Shown here: one piece after another, positions 34,445 through 34,446 of the stretch | Layout of the letters: every line of letters begins with the position of its first letter | Numbering within the stretch: position 1 is the first letter of the stretch | IMG/VR virus record: IMGVR_UViG_3300032218_000050 | Span: 1 to 34,446 of that record | Direction: 5' to 3' (one strand) | Length of the DNA stretch: 34,446 nt | DNA from: a virus | Lineage: Duplodnaviria > Caudoviricetes | Position numbers and translations under genes: made by a program | The notes under the pieces: model-generated | Databases searched by the model: none | What the model saw: only the letters and a program-made list of their open reading frames with translations | What the model was told of the DNA's origin: nothing

Positions 34445-34446
34445 CA

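Noticed and set aside
1-34446. Stop-codon reassignment
   Set aside because: Genes are intact in the standard code, and TAG ends credible genes such as cro, rusA and the endolysin.

Overview
The window is a tailed-phage (Caudoviricetes) genome with P22-type podovirus morphogenesis genes and a lambdoid-type early/replication layout. It is probably almost complete and circularly permuted: a holin-like gene runs off the left edge and an M15-peptidase endolysin runs in from the right edge on the same strand. The minus strand (29587 down to 1) carries cro-like, DUF1376 replication initiator with iterons, a T4 beta-glucosyltransferase-like gene, rusA/ninB/DUF1364-like genes, GroES, small basic proteins, an LPD23-type metallopeptidase, terS/terL, portal, scaffold, coat, decoration proteins, several Ser/Thr-rich tail fibres, gp4/gp10-like tail proteins, ejection proteins and lysis genes. 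The plus strand (29756-34061) carries early genes including ERF, a YqaJ exonuclease, an SSB-like protein and a lipoprotein. I recognised no integrase, CI repressor, DNA polymerase, methyltransferase or tRNA. The most notable item is an orphan BGT-like glycosyltransferase with a beta-clamp-type motif and no visible source of a hydroxymethylated base. Also notable are two structured RNA candidates, a duplicated promoter/operator cassette, a leaderless cro, nested domain repeats in the tail hub and apparent avoidance of four restriction sites. All family calls are by-eye motif recognition, not database searches.
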